DNA from: Tubiluchus corallicola
Taxonomy: Eukaryota; Animalia; Priapulida
DNA length: 64,000 nt
NCBI GenBank assembly: GCA_030141605.1
Contig: JAQGDQ010000242.1
Span: 1-64,000, forward strand
Direction of reading: 5' to 3'
Numbering within the stretch: the first letter of the stretch is position 1; each line of letters starts with the position of its first letter. The notes below the pieces were generated by a model, which saw nothing but the letters and a program-made list of their open reading frames with translations, searched no databases and was not told the DNA's origin. Made by a program: the position numbers and the translations under genes. This document shows positions 24,328 to 36,744 of this stretch, in pieces.

Positions 24328-24763
24328 TAGTGATGGGCGATTAATCGAGATATCGAGCACATGCGTCAGAATCTGTATAAATCGGTGATATAATAGTAAT
24401 TCAATTAATCGAGAGCAAAATATGCATGTTACACAGAAAAAGTTTAGCACAAATAAACGAAATCCTTTTTCTTCGTTTTTCTCACCTTACACAATGCGCA
24501 CAGTTGCAAACTACAGTGCTGTGGCTTTAAATTCGTTTTCATAGTGACGTAGTAATAGAGTAGTTAATGAATATGCGCGTTTATGCAAATAGTTAGCAGG
24601 TACGAAAATAGCAGACAGCGAAAAAAGCCATGAATTAGTGCTGCAATGTTTGAAAAATGTGGCTACAACGCCAAAAAAAATTGTCGCAAAAGACTAATTG
24701 TGATATCGAATTACAAGAACAAGATTATTCTTGAACTAGAATATTCAAAATCGCCCATCACTA
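24328..24763. mobile_element. hAT-type MITE
   Basis: Perfect 15-bp TIRs TAGTGATGGGCGATT / AATCGCCCATCACTA; decayed 8-bp TSD (TGGCCAGG / CTACCAGG). Confidence 0.85.
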
Positions 24764-24886
24764 CTACCAGGCACCATTAATCCATATACATTTTTGAACC
24801 AATGGGAAAAATTCAAATGGGGAGCAAAGTTACACACAATGTAAAATAAACAAACTGTACAAGAGGTGTGAGTGCTCATGCTAGGT

Positions 24887-26219
24887 TCATTTGGCCGCAC
24901 TTGCTTGCTTTCTCAGAAGAATGTAGATCTTTTCCTTGATCCAATCACGATTGTATGGAGCGTATGTGTTTGTGCCTCTTTGAAATCTGAAATCAGAAGT
25001 TAGCTGGTCATGTTTTTAGGACATGGTGTAAAACTGTGTAAAAAATGAGAAAAAACAAGCATTTTTATTATGTACCGTGTTCCTAAAAAAACTTTTTACT
25101 GTAAATAACAAATATATATGAGGTAAGAAAAGTTATGGGATTTTATCTAAAAGTCAGGACCCGGCTATACACACAAGACAAGACAAGACAAGATACAATG
25201 TAAAAAATTTAATCGATTCAGGATCACTACTCAATGTCATTTACTTTAAAAATGCAAATTTTGTGTACCAAATGATTTTAACTAAACATTACAAATATAT
25301 ATTGTTAAATATATTGACAAATACTGCAGTACGTGACATTAATAGCACGGCAGACATAGTCAGTTGTAGAGACAAGTAACATGCAAGTAAAACTTCATCA
25401 TTGTCACTCAAAGTTGTCATTTCGCATGCCTATAGTTCAACTGTTTTGCCGACTGCTTTTGCACAACAATACGTATAAGTTTCAGAGTGACATAATAAAA
25501 AAATGCTCCAAAATTACTTACACTAAGCAGCTGATGTCAGACAACTGATCTAGGAAATCAAACAGCTGACTTATATCATACGTAATGGATGGAGAGTTTG
25601 GATTGAGTCGCTTTAAGTGTTCCTCATACATTTTGCAAATGCCTAAAAAATGTAACACGACATGAATAATCGGAAACAGTTTGTTTATTTTTATGGAAAA
25701 ATTGAATAAAATGACTAAATTCTATTGTATTGTCTGTAATAAAAACGTTTCAAAAGGCTTTACCTTCCATGCACTCATTGACTGACTCGTAGTCGCTGTA
25801 AGTTCGACCTTCCGGCTTCTTATTTGGCTGAATTAACAATATTGTGTGCGACTAAAAAAAATTAAAATATATGCAAGTTTGTCATACCAAAACCTAATAT
25901 TAGAACACCAGACATACCAACTCAGATCTTGTTTAAACAAATTTTGATTTGCAAGTAAACTGTTCACGTTGTGTCTTTGTTTCACAATTCCTAACACAAT
26001 TTAAAATTTGAAATTTAGCCTTGCAGCAACATCTGGAAGAACGTTTGCTGGTCTTCACAACTACTAACGTTATAGTAAAGTTTTTGTAATTTCTTTTTAC
26101 ACTCTGAGACGTCTAGACCTCAAGCAGAGCATGCCGCAAAGCCATAAATTTGGAAAAACTGGTCTGTATTTATGAAGGTTGCGGCAGCCATGCTTCGTAG
26201 TTCTCGCATTTCTTACCAT
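24887..26219 (-). CDS. ERH: Enhancer of rudimentary homolog, 103 aa, 4 coding exons
   Basis: Minus-strand exons 26219-26217 (ATG only, then GTAAGA), 25851-25764, 25642-25522, 24986-24887. They give [103 protein letters not shown]. Confidence 0.97.
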
Positions 26220-27239
26220 TTTTCAAATTAACAAATAGTGTTTGTTAAGTAACTCAACGATGAATAACACAACACTGTATCACTCGTTTAGAACACTTAA
26301 ATTTACACAAATAAAGAATTTTAATTAATATTTTCCAACTTTCGCTAGTGATAAACAGACAGAGTCGCAAAACGCTAAAAACACCAATCTTGAACACAAC
26401 CAGACTTTCTCATTCTATTTATTGCGGGCCACAACATGTTTTAGTAACTGACTAACTGTTACTCTGTCAGTAACTCAGTATGTTACAAGGCAACAAAGAG
26501 GAAAAACGAAAACGAAACGGAAAATTTAAAACCGTCAAGGATGTGCTTGCATAGTTGTTTTAAGTGGAAAATGATTTTTGGCTCGGAATTCTACAGAAAA
26601 GAAACCCGGGAAAAACAAGCACATAGGCAGAATGGAAAACAGAAGCGAAAACAAAAATTTAAACATATATAAAGCTATGTTGAGAACGTGAGATATGCTT
26701 AAAGAATCGTAACTATCTGATACAACAAACCGTTGACCTTGCAGTCGTAGATGTCTGCTTATCGTGAAGAAAAGTAGGTTGTAAGGAATCACATAACTAT
26801 AGGAAAGCTCTGGGTGAAAATATAAGAAGCAGCAGTATAACAGTCGGATTTGGGGAATAATGAAAAACAGTTCTGAGAACATGCGCAGTATGTTCTGTTA
26901 AAGTACAGTGTTAAGAAGCAGCATGTACCAATTAATGGACTTTGATTGATAAGGTCGACGTGAGTAGGTAATTATCTCTGTAACAGAAGATACATGATTA
27001 ATATAGATCGGCAGAGCCAAGCAGACTGAGTGCCACCTAACAGCAGTTGTTATGATATGGTAAGGAAGAAAGGTCGGAGGTGGCATGGTGAAAGGTCAGG
27101 TGTGTCAGATTGTGGAAAGTTTGAATTTGAAATGGTGGTTGCAGAAGGGTTGGAATTTTAAAGGACATTTATGGAGTCCACTCAGCCTGGAATTAATGGA
27201 TCATAAAATTTTGTTGGATGGCCGTCATAAATAGTTAAA

Positions 27240-27545
27240 ACAAAATTAATGGTATATATCATTGGGCATAAAGCAGACTGGGCAAGTGTCATCAGCATAT
27301 AGTAGTACATCGCAAGGCAGCATTTTGTAGGACCTCAGCTATTTACATTTCAATATGCTGGGAGACTTTATTCAGTTATCGTGACAACATTCAGTTATAG
27401 TTGATTTGCATTTGCCAGTGATACAAAACATGTGATCAATCATGCTTTCTTAATGATCACGAGCATTTGCAGAACAATATTAAATGAGGTGGCTCAATGC
27501 TATAATTATAGCATCATGAATTTAAACGTTGACAACTAAATGCAA
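27240..27545 (+). mobile_element. Highly decayed LINE RT fragment
   Basis: QGSI-GPQLF-like remnant at ~27310-27345 and FA-DTK-like remnant at ~27410-27430, with frameshifts. Confidence 0.5.
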
Positions 27546-28275
27546 ACTGAATTATCATTGGATAACCGGGATATCTCACAGATTGCAAACACTCATGCAA
27601 TGGCACACTGACATAGCAGTGAGGAAAATGAAAATGTCATTAAACAAATCATTATTGACAATGTGTTTGAATTTGAAAGCCATATCAGTCACACTCATGG
27701 AAAGCTTACACTCTTTGTAATTTCTCTTCTTAGACAGGCGCATGTATGGAGACGCAGTTACTATGAGTGAGCAGTGACAGATGAGATCAAATTTTGGACT
27801 ACAGCAATGCAGTTGTGAGGCAAGATGTACATTATAAGGAAAATCAAATCCATTCAACATTTAGCTACTAATTAAATGTGTAACAATTTTCAGACTGTAT
27901 ATGTACATCAAAAATGTAGGGACTGACTAGTGACTACTTAGACAAGAGATAATTATCCAAACCTTATGCAGAAGAACATTCATGCACGTTATTACACGGT
28001 AGTGGAGGCGTTGAGTGACCACTGACCCCTTAAATGTCTTTTGCTAAGCAGAACTATTTCCACAACTATGATTGCAATGCTGACCAGAGTAAATTAATTT
28101 TAGAATCTGCCAAGAGACCGCGCCACCATCTACCGGCAGCAAAATAAGCAAAGATGAAAGTATTGTGTATAGATTATAGATAAATGTACCACGTAAACTT
28201 TTTAAATAAGAAAATTTCTTGTTGTTATTAATGTTGCTTTCTTGTGGTTTTTGTTGAGACTTATATAAAAAAGGA

Positions 28276-31200
28276 ATGGATGAAACTGTGACCCTTTTTG
28301 TGCTTTCATTTGCAATGTTAATAGGTTGTTATGTTGCTGGATCAATTCCGTTAGCTTTTAATCTATCAGAGGTAAAAGTTCCTTATTAGCACTGGCTTAG
28401 ACGCAGTAATCAATTAACTAAAGTTTAATATTACCGTAGTCTGTGACATTGTTGTGAATTAGCAATGTTTTAATATTGTTGATATCACATTATAGTAATA
28501 GTAAATTTATTTAGTTTCATAAACTTAATACAGTACTCAGTAGTTAAGGTGCATATGGTACAGATAAATATGAGCAGAGGTGACGAAAGACCATATGGTC
28601 ACCCAGTCAGTCATTCATATGAATGAATTAAATCCAGTTCAATTAATTTATTTCACAAGATAAACAAATACTTTGACATCACAAGTACGTAAAATCAAGT
28701 TATGATTTTTGCAACAAAGTTCAGATATAATTATTAAATTTGGAGGTAGAGACCTTATATTAGACCACTAGAATTAGTAGTGAAAAAATTATTAACAATA
28801 TGTTACTGTTTGATAGCTAGAAAGAGTTATATTGGGTGTTAGTGAAATTTCATTATTACGATGTAAACTGATGTGTGATGCAAAGAAAAGATAATATACG
28901 TGCTCCCCAAACAATGTTTGTGTTATTAAAACTGATAAAAAGAGAATTATATAATGATATCAGTACTGATTTAGGCAGCAGTCCAACTCTGCATATAATA
29001 CCTATCGTTTTGGGGAATTTACTTTCAGTAAATTTAAGGTGTTCTCGCCAATTTAGGTGTTTGTTCATCTATAAATATGCCTAAAAACTTATTGTGTTTT
29101 ACTTTGTTTATTGGTATTTCAGCAGTTTTTTGTGTAAGATTCCTGGGGATGTTTTTGTTTGTGAATAAAATAAATTTTGTTTTTTCAATATTGAGTGACA
29201 ACTTATTTACTTTAAACAGGGATTAGTTAAGTAAAGAGTTACTGTAACATATCTGACGGCACAAATGCTTCTAGATAGCAGTATTCTAGGTTTAATATAA
29301 CTGCAATTCTTTCATGAACAAGGCATTGCAAAAGAAAATGGAATGGTTTGTTTCTGAAATGTGTAATGTTTATTTTTATTTATAGGATAGGCTACAGCTT
29401 ATAACTGTTTTGGGTGCCGGTCTTCTGGTTGGCACCGCACTGGCTGTGATAATACCCGAGGGTGTAAATGCTTTGTATTCATCTGCATTAGAGGGTTTGT
29501 GCTGATTTTACTTTTTTATCATTTTTAAGTCATCTGTCACATATATAACTTACGTTAAATTGTTTTGTACTATCTATTTTCTACTGTATATAGTTTATAG
29601 TACAGTAAGTCCTCACTTAATGATGCTAATGTGTTACAACAAAATGTGTCGTTAAGGGAATGTCATTATACAAAGCAATGCCTTCCATAGAAAACACAGA
29701 GGAATTTCATCCCTACACATGTGGGATAGCGCTATAGAATTAGCCAATGAATCGTTGCTGCTGTCTTCTAACTGCTTAGTAGGACAAATTATTACTGCAA
29801 TTTCTGTTAATAGGGCGATTGCATCAAACAAAATTTCAGCCCTTGAAGATGGAAAAAATTGTCACTAATTCGAAACAATATGTCGTTACGTCAGTAAAAT
29901 ATGTCAAAAGATCAACATCGTGAAAACGAAACAACGTTAAATGGGAACTCACTGTATATAAAGTTCCGCAAAATGAGTTTTTGCCATTAGGTGCATCTAA
30001 TTTTGCTTGTTAATTAAAGATTTTCACAAGATGTGTTTCATACAGGACTATATTAAAAATCTTTTCCCCTTTATTCTTTTATTCTCAGTTACCATTATTT
30101 GAAACTATTTTAGCAGTTGAAAAGTTGCACACAGAGGGTAAAACAGAACTAGATTCACCTGCTGATCATAACAAAGATGGCGACCATGAGCACACACATT
30201 ACCTGGAAGTGCATCATTATATAGGCATCTCTCTTGTTTTGGGTTTTGTTTTTATGCTTCTAGTTGATCAGTTAGGACATAGTCATTCTTCTTCATCAAG
30301 ACAATCTCAAGGTTAGTGAAATGATTATTATTTTGATCTGTAACTTTGAAATGTGTATAAGTTTGTGACTTGCTCAACATCACCAGTCTACTAGCAGAAT
30401 TGTTTTGCTTGCTTGGGAAGGCATATGCTTGGCCGGTTTTTGAACCTTTTTATTCGTGTAGATTTCATGACATTTTCTACATATGTAGCACAAACGTATA
30501 TGCATGGTCAAGTGAAATGCATACCCAAGATTTATATACAGTAATGCATACCCAAGATTTATATACAGTAATGCAAAGCCAGTGATGACAAACAAATTAT
30601 CTTATTTAAATGCATTTGGATTTTTTGTTCTATGCAGGGGATTCTGAAGCTGCTGTTACGCAACCAAAAGACAGCACAAAAATAACTGCCACATTAGGTC
30701 TAGTAGTTCATGCAGCAGGTAAGTAAGCAATATAGTTTCACTGTTAGATGTTGGACACAGCCACATGCTTAGCTGATGAGCACTGATAAGCATAAGATAG
30801 CTGATGTTTCACAAAACATGTTAAATATTCATAATTCATTTGGAGATCCTATACTTGTGTGTCACTAATTATGTTATGCAATCCAGAAAGAGATGTAGCC
30901 AACCTCTCACTCTCACAAATCATGTCACACAGTACAGGAAGCAATGCAGAGTAACCTCTTACTCTCACAAATCATGTCACACAGTACAGGAACAGGTGCA
31001 GAGTAACCTCTTACTCGCACAAATCATGTCACACAGTACAGGAACAATGTAGAGCAAACTCTTACTCTCTCAAATCATGTCACACAGTACAGGAAGCAAT
31101 GCAGAGTAACCTCTTACTCTCACAAATCATGTCACACAGTACAGGAAGCAATGCAGAGTAACCTCTTACTCTCACAAATCATGTCACACAGTACAGGAAG

Positions 31201-33744
31201 CAATGCAGAGCAACCTCTTACTCTCACAAATCATGTCACACAGTACAGGAAGCGATGCAGAGTAACCTCTTACTCTCACAAATCATGTCACACAGTACAG
31301 GAAGCAATGCAGAGCAACCTCTTACTCTCACAAATCATGTCACACAGTACAGGAAGCAATGCAGAGTAACCTCTTACTTTCACAAATCATGTCACACAGT
31401 ACAGGAAGCAATGCAGAGTAACCTCTTACTCTCACAAATCATGTCACACTATACAGGAATAGGTGCAGAGTAACCTCTTACTCTCACAAATCATGTCACA
31501 CAGTACAGGAACAGGTGCAGAGTAACCTCTTACTTTCACAAATCATGTCACACAGTACAGGAACAGGTGCAGAGCAACTTCTTACTCTCACAAATCATGT
31601 CACACAGTACAGGAAACGATGCAGAGTAACCTCTTGCTCTCACAAATCATGTCACTCAGTCCAGAAAGAGATGCAGAAAGAGATGTTTAGCAACCTATCC
31701 CACTCTCTAAATAGGATTCGGTTGAAAGTTGTTTCATTGTTGCAACAACAATGTGTTTTTAATATGTTACAAAACCTTAATATCGTGTTCAATATGTGTG
31801 TGAAAAACAAATTATATTCCTATTGATTTGTGCTGTTCTCAATTATACAATAATCACTTAATAATCAGTACTTTAATTTTAAAAAATCGTAATTGCTCTT
31901 AACCACTCCGCTAATATTACTAATCAGTTTACTGGTATTTCATGAGTTTAATGAGTAGATACTCATTTACACACTTCTACAGTTATTCTGCTGGAGTTGC
32001 AATCGTCAGCATAACTGTTGTACCACTGTAAAGCCTGTCATTTTCAAAATTCACAGTGCATTAAAATTTTCCTCTTTTGCCTTGGTTGTGCATTTTTGCT
32101 AGTTTCATTTCAGGACATCTTCTGTAAATATTAAACCAAAATGACTACTTGGTAGATCATTGCTGAATAACAGTACTTTAGGTATTTCTGTAACGAGTAA
32201 TTACATATAGACTTTTGACTTTGAGGACCTATGTAGTAAATATTGTTTTATTTCTTTCACAGCTGATGGCATTGCTCTAGGTGCCGCTGCATCAACGTCT
32301 CATAAGGATACAGAAATTATAGTTTTTATAGCAATTATGTTACACAAAGTAAGATTACATTATTCTTTGGCTTAAATTTATCTAGCCATTACTATACTGT
32401 TATGGTACTAATCTATTCTCATCAGCAAGCAATTTAGCATTGATGAGATTCAAATCTGCATGTGAATTTTGTGTTTGTGATGAAAACAATTTGTCACTGG
32501 TCCTGCTTTTTTGCCTAAGGGCAAATTATTAGGAATTGATTTGAATAGTGAATAAGCAAAGGTGAACAATGTATGCAGTTTCCGTGCTTTTTCCTTATGT
32601 TTTACAAAAGGGGTAAATACTGTTTGTCTTGTTGTCTATATATGCTTACAAAGCTTTTTCCCACTTGCTGAATGCTCGTGTAGCCACCATTTTTGCAGTA
32701 TTTGGGCAGCTGTTTACTGATGTTTGTAATATGTATGTAGTTATGTACACATATGACTGAATGTACAGCTACAATTCAGTCTGCTATTCATTTTATTCCT
32801 AACTAAAACAGCCGGGCAAGCCTAACAATTGTATACTTTTCCTTTTTGTAGTGTTAGCTTTTTACTAGTGAATTGTATGTTTATCAAAAATTTGTCATTT
32901 CTGCCATTTTCTTCCTTTACTATGCAAAGTGTTCATCTAGTTACGAAATTTTGTCACTTTTTTGTTTACGATGTTGGTTTTTCTTTTGTCTGTATCATCG
33001 GTTAAATACTTGCTTTTGTTTAGCTTTTTGAGTTACTGTCATGTTATTGTATGTTTATTTTTCCAGGCTCCTGCAGCATTTGGGTTAGTGAGTTTTCTAC
33101 TGCACGAGGGCCTACAAAGAAATAGGATACGAAAACACTTGTTTGTATTTGCCTTAGCTGCACCACTCTTAGCTGTTGTCACCTATTTTGGCTTGAGTCA
33201 GGTAATAATACAAAAAAGTATGAAAGAAAAAACTTTGGTCATTTATCCAATTTAACGTAGTTGCTGTAATAAAAGAAACTTTTGTGGTTACTTTCATTTA
33301 TTATTTATTATGATCTATGAAATCTCATTTCTTCATTAGCATTATAATTACATAAAGTGAAAGATAAAAACTTGAAATTAATACATTTCTTTTAAAGTTA
33401 CCTGTATACGTCATAACGAAATATATATTTGATTTAATTGATCTTGTAATAAATTATAAAATGGTTAGTCTAATTGACCTAGGTTAGCCTAGTTTACACA
33501 AGTTTTCTTATTTCTGAAGGGCGGCAAGGAAGTGTTATCGCAAACTAATGCAACTGGGATAACAATGTTGTTTAGTGCCGGGACGTTTCTCTATGTAGCC
33601 ACCGTGCATGTTCTTCCTGAAGTTGCTCACATGCCGTCGTCTTCTGACAGTGCTGAACGGCCGGGATTCAAGTGTACGCATCTATCAGCATTAGTACTAG
33701 GTGCATTATTTCCATTATTGTTGGCTTTTAGTCATCATCATTGA
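28276..33744 (+). CDS. SLC39A9: Zinc transporter ZIP9, ~309 aa, 7 coding exons
   Basis: Exons 28276-28371, 29386-29494, 30114 (or 30117)-30311, 30638-30718, 32263-32348, 33067-33201, 33520-33744. Motifs [63 protein letters not shown] and a C-terminal HHH. Confidence 0.96.
28560..29230 (-). mobile_element. Decayed CR1/L2-group LINE 3' fragment in SLC39A9 intron 1
   Basis: [26 protein letters not shown]...LISLYNSLF (ORF 28856..29068) and the shared 3' stem-loop at 28577-28616. Confidence 0.75.
29603..29954. mobile_element. Tigger/pogo-like MITE
   Basis: CAGTAAGTCCTCACTTAA ... TTAAATGGGAACTCACTG imperfect TIRs with TA on both sides. Confidence 0.7.
30882..31710. repeat. 52-bp minisatellite, ~16 copies, SLC39A9 intron 4
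   Basis: Unit GCAGAGTAACCTCTTACTCTCACAAATCATGTCACACAGTACAGGAAGCAAT, head to tail with no spacers. Confidence 0.97.
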
Positions 33745-36744
33745 TATGGATGTTAATAATGTTAATTATGTGGAAGTGAAGTTTGGTTTTTTCATGGTAA
33801 TAAACTTATGCAGTCTGGTTATAAAAGATCATCGGTCGTCGACTACGGTTTATTTTGCCTTCTCGCCACACTTGAATCGTGGCTGACTGGCTGGCTGCTT
33901 AGAATGTGCCATAAACTTGCCACTTGATTCAATTATTGGATGCTGTTCTGCAAAATGAGTGTATTGTAATTTGCACTGCCAAATGAAACCTCTAGATCTC
34001 TGCTTTACACAGTAGATTATAAGTAAAACTTGAGCAAACTTTGTTCACATTTTGCACTTTACGTCTCATGGGCAGTAGAATCTCATTATAATGTCAAGCA
34101 GAAACACTGCGGATGAGCTGTACACAAGTTTCATTTTACTGGGTAACATTCTTTTGCTGCAACTCAGTAAAGTATTTGCTCACACTAGTTCTAGGCCCAG
34201 ACTCAGTCAGCAAGTTTGTACATACTCTTTTTTGTTAAGAACCGAAGCCAATGTTTGAATTGGAGCCTGTTTTTGAAAAGTTTGCAGCTGGAAATTTCAT
34301 TTGCAAACCCACCTTATTTATGTCAGATTTCTTGCTGCAAATTTGAGCTTCCATTTTTAACGATAATGGCCATGTTATATTTCATTGATTGGACGTTGTT
34401 GTTATGTAATTTTCTACATTTTAGATCTGAATAACTCATTGCTCTTGTGTAAAAATGCAGTTATTCAACTATTAGTGTCTGTGATGTCACTAAGACTTAA
34501 TTTTGTTATTTATTGTAATACAGTGTAATATCACAAATGTGTGTAACTGTGATTGTGATTTATAGATTATGAAGAATGAGGTTAGGGCTAAATTGTCTTT
34601 ATTTGTTTTGGAGAATGTGATATTATAACAGATGCTCTTTGCACTGGGCAAGCAAGATATATTGTTTATACACATCACTGTAAATCGTTGTTATGTGTAG
34701 TTTCAGATTCAGCTTTTGTTGTGGCACATGCAGTAAAATGCTATTAATTTTCTTTTACTAATTACGGTATTGATCAAGAACTGTAATGAATAACAATACA
34801 ACAACTAAGCACAGGGTATAGTAATTTTAATAGTGGCTGTAAGTCATAAAGCCATAATAACTGGAACATTCATCCATGTAGATTAGGCAATATTGCTTAT
34901 ATAATTATATTCATCTACTACTCAAAACATTTTACAGCATGAAAAAAACTGTTATGTTAGGTATTTTTGGAAATAAAATATATCAGGGAACATTTTTATA
35001 GTTGCCTTTTACTACCTTTTCAATAAATTTAAAAAGCTAAATGAGAGCAAGAAATTACTGTCTTTGTGTCACCTTTATTAGTTTGTAAAATTAATTAATT
35101 GAGTGTTAAAGATTTACCAGATAGCATGTTCTACTCTGAATGAAATAATGGCCCTTGAATGAACATGTATTTATTTATTTCTTCTGAAGCTTTGCCAGTC
35201 TCAGAGTTTCAGAGCTATTCAAACAAAGCAGCCAGCATCATGCTCAGAGTAATCAGGGCCACTAATGGCTAAACACAGTTATGGTTTTTAACTTGGCTGT
35301 TCCCCCCATTACCCAACTATACTACTATTTTGGCATATTTTGAGTGCTTGGGCCACTTTTGTGTTAATTTGCTCATCTGTTTGCATCAGTCTTCCGCACC
35401 ATTTTTTTGGAATCAATACTGGTCATCACAAGAATGAATGCAATAATTAATAATTAACGTTGTAGAACATGATAATTATTTTATGGTCTTAAAATCATTT
35501 TGAAGTGACACGATACATCGTTGTAGTATTTGCATCAGTAATATTGCCTCTTCTGTTAGTGATGATGTTGAACAATATAAAGATGAAAGATTTGATTTAG
35601 GAGTCATGCAATATCTTAATCTATTAAGGAACAAAATTGCCAAGACTAGCTTATAAATAAAGAGAAATGGATTTGAAGTTGTCTGCTAACCAAGAATTGA
35701 TGCATTTATAAAGGTTGGTGCAAAAGGGCCAGAGAAATAATCTATAACTAGAAGGTTTCTTTTAAAGGGCTGGATGTTAACTCATAGTTAACTTGGAATT
35801 TACTCACAATTTAGATAGATTGTGAAAATAACGTTTATCCAAAACGAATAGTATGCAGCAAGGCCATATTAATGTGCCTAAGAGTACAAGCTTAAATTTT
35901 CCCCCTAAGATCTATTACCCGTAAGGCCAAAGCAGTTCTTTGTCATACATAATAATAATTATGGTGCTGCCAGAGATATTTATATTACTACGTAATGGCT
36001 TCTGCTGCTTCGCCTACTCAGCTATTGTATCATTGAAAAATTCATGCCACAGATGGCGCGCAAAAGTAAATTGATCGATTGAGTTTGTCTGGACAGGAGA
36101 TGAATCATTTCGTGGGTGCTACTATACTTTTTCCGATATCATTTTCACAGCTTTTGTGGTATTATTCACGCTTTATAGTACTTATCAGTATTTTGGCTGT
36201 GCTTCCGACAAGACATGTGATTCAACAGCATCAAATTATGGCATTTTGTATTTTCTTGTGTTTGTATTATGAAATTTGTCAAGCGGTTTAATCGTTCAAG
36301 CCGTCTAATTAAATTATAATTGTAAGTCTGCATTTCTTTATTACTATTACTACTACTAGTTACTACTTTTATAACTGCCTGCATTATAGAATCGCTTGAC
36401 TGAAATCGAGCTAAGTTAGTGTCAGTCGGTTCTTTTCACTTGGTGTATGTTTACTTTTAAGTTTTAGGCCTACATTCGTTTCACATGTTGTTATTATTTA
36501 ACAAGAGCTTCTTGATTTAGTGATAATTTTATATGAATTTCGGCTCGCTTTTAAGGCAAAGGGAAGTGCTTTTTTGAAATATGCTGTGACACACTTTGAA
36601 GAACTTTGTATAAGAATAGTGTAGAGACTACATTTTCAGCAGTTTGTAACCTTGCAGCCACAATGTACCTATTCGCTATTCACACTTATCATATTTACAT
36701 ATTTCAGGTTGAGCTTTTAGTGGCATAATAGAGTTAAAAGAACA

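Noticed and set aside
25355-25402. Box C/D snoRNA in ERH intron 3 (minus-strand ATGATGA...CTGA)
   Set aside because: Boxes only ~40 nt apart, with no terminal stem, second box pair or evident guide.
28577-28616. Hammerhead reading of the LINE stem-loop (CGAAA-stem)
   Set aside because: No CTGATGA and no UH cleavage triplet in register.
30882-31710. CRISPR-like array (also considered for 42841-44247 and 60975-61120)
   Set aside because: Units are contiguous with no unique spacers, there are no cas genes, and the context is eukaryotic.
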